This document shows, in pieces, positions 23,532-24,000 of a stretch of 24,000 nucleotides of DNA. The stretch comes from an uncultured Pluralibacter sp. (GTDB lineage Bacteria > Pseudomonadota > Gammaproteobacteria > Enterobacterales > Enterobacteriaceae). The stretch's first letter is position 1. The number at the start of each line of letters is the position of its first letter. A program made the position numbers and the translations under genes. Below the pieces are notes generated by a model, which saw only the letters and a program-made list of their open reading frames with translations, made no database searches and was not told where the DNA came from. The stretch is from assembly GCF_913775985.1 (NCBI RefSeq), contig NZ_CAJYMB010000096.1, forward strand, positions 12,609 to 36,608, read 5' to 3'.

Positions 23532-24000
23532 ATGAACGCCGTAGAAATTGAACAAGCCATAACGGATCTCGCGGAGCAACCCTTTGAGCCCTCAGAGTTT
23601 CCTTACGCATTTCTTGAAGCCTTTGGTAACAAAGCAACGACTATCAAACGCCTTCGCGCCGGCGCATCGAACAAGTCTGATTTGGGTGGTGTTCTTCAGA
23701 GCAGCAATATTCATATACTCGTCTGCGAAGCAGGGTCGGTGACACAGATGCTGGCCGCGCTCAAGGCTAGCCCAGCGACAACTAAAGCCAAGGCGAAGTT
23801 CATCCTGGCTACAGATGGCAAAGATTTTGAAGCGGAAGACCTAATCAGCGGTCAGACTGTCGCTTGTACCTTTAAAGACTTTCCCGATCACTTCGGCTTT
23901 TTCCTGCCATTGGCGGGTATAAGTACTGTCCGTCAGATCAGTGAGAACGCTTTTGACATTCGGGCTACTAGTCGGCTGAATCGTCTATATGTCGAGTTGT
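23532..24000 (+). CDS. 5' part of a large ORF running off the window, possibly the N-terminal domain of a type IIG/IIL-like restriction-modification or other defence enzyme
   Basis: The frame is open for 156 codons from ATG23532 to the window edge, and the ORF is absent from the supplied track because it has no stop. MNAVEIEQAITDLAEQPFEPSEFPYAFLEAFGNK...KFILATDGKDFEAEDL resembles, from memory, N-termini of large fused methyltransferase/restriction proteins. The family assignment is weak. Confidence 0.35.
   Translation, partial: MNAVEIEQAITDLAEQPFEPSEFPYAFLEAFGNKATTIKRLRAGASNKSDLGGVLQSSNIHILVCEAGSVTQMLAALKASPATTKAKAKFILATDGKDFEAEDLISGQTVACTFKDFPDHFGFFLPLAGISTVRQISENAFDIRATSRLNRLYVEL

Noticed and set aside
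1-24000. Scan for CRISPR arrays, tRNA/rRNA genes and classical IS transposases.
   Set aside because: I found no regularly spaced direct repeats with unique spacers, no cloverleaf-like or rRNA-like segments, and no DDE transposase-like ORFs. Mobility functions here are tyrosine and serine recombinases only.

Overview
This window is a mosaic accessory region from an enterobacterial-type conjugative plasmid or ICE. The backbone is a TraG-N-like transfer gene, a small membrane-protein gene, and a LexA-controlled umuDC (polymerase V) operon. After umuC come two AT-rich orphan genes, about 900 bp of highly structured non-coding DNA, an integrase-fold gene, a serine recombinase, and the 5' end of a restriction/defence-like ORF that runs off the window. 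The main result is that umuC is split into three frame-preserving pieces by two different insertions only 128 bp apart. (A) The first is a 4.2-kb AT-rich element bounded by inverted repeats, at 2829-6998. It has no recombinase of its own and carries an RloC/PrrC-like ABC-ATPase anticodon-nuclease defence gene plus a GrpB nucleotidyltransferase-fold and NTF2-like gene pair. (B) The second is an 11-kb element at 7127-18110 with 15-bp terminal inverted repeats and two translationally coupled tyrosine recombinases, an organisation like Tn554 or strand-biased circularizing integrative elements. Its GC-rich cargo is a complete fluoride-resistance operon (ppaC-usp-eno-gpmA-crcB) behind a clear fluoride (crcB-motif) riboswitch and a near-consensus promoter. 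Next to that operon sits a beta-propeller / TDT-SLAC1 anion-channel / UDG-like cluster. The two elements have related termini and similar target sequences, so the recombinase-less defence element may be mobilised in trans. I saw no rRNA, tRNA or CRISPR array. All product calls rest on motif recognition from memory, not database searches.
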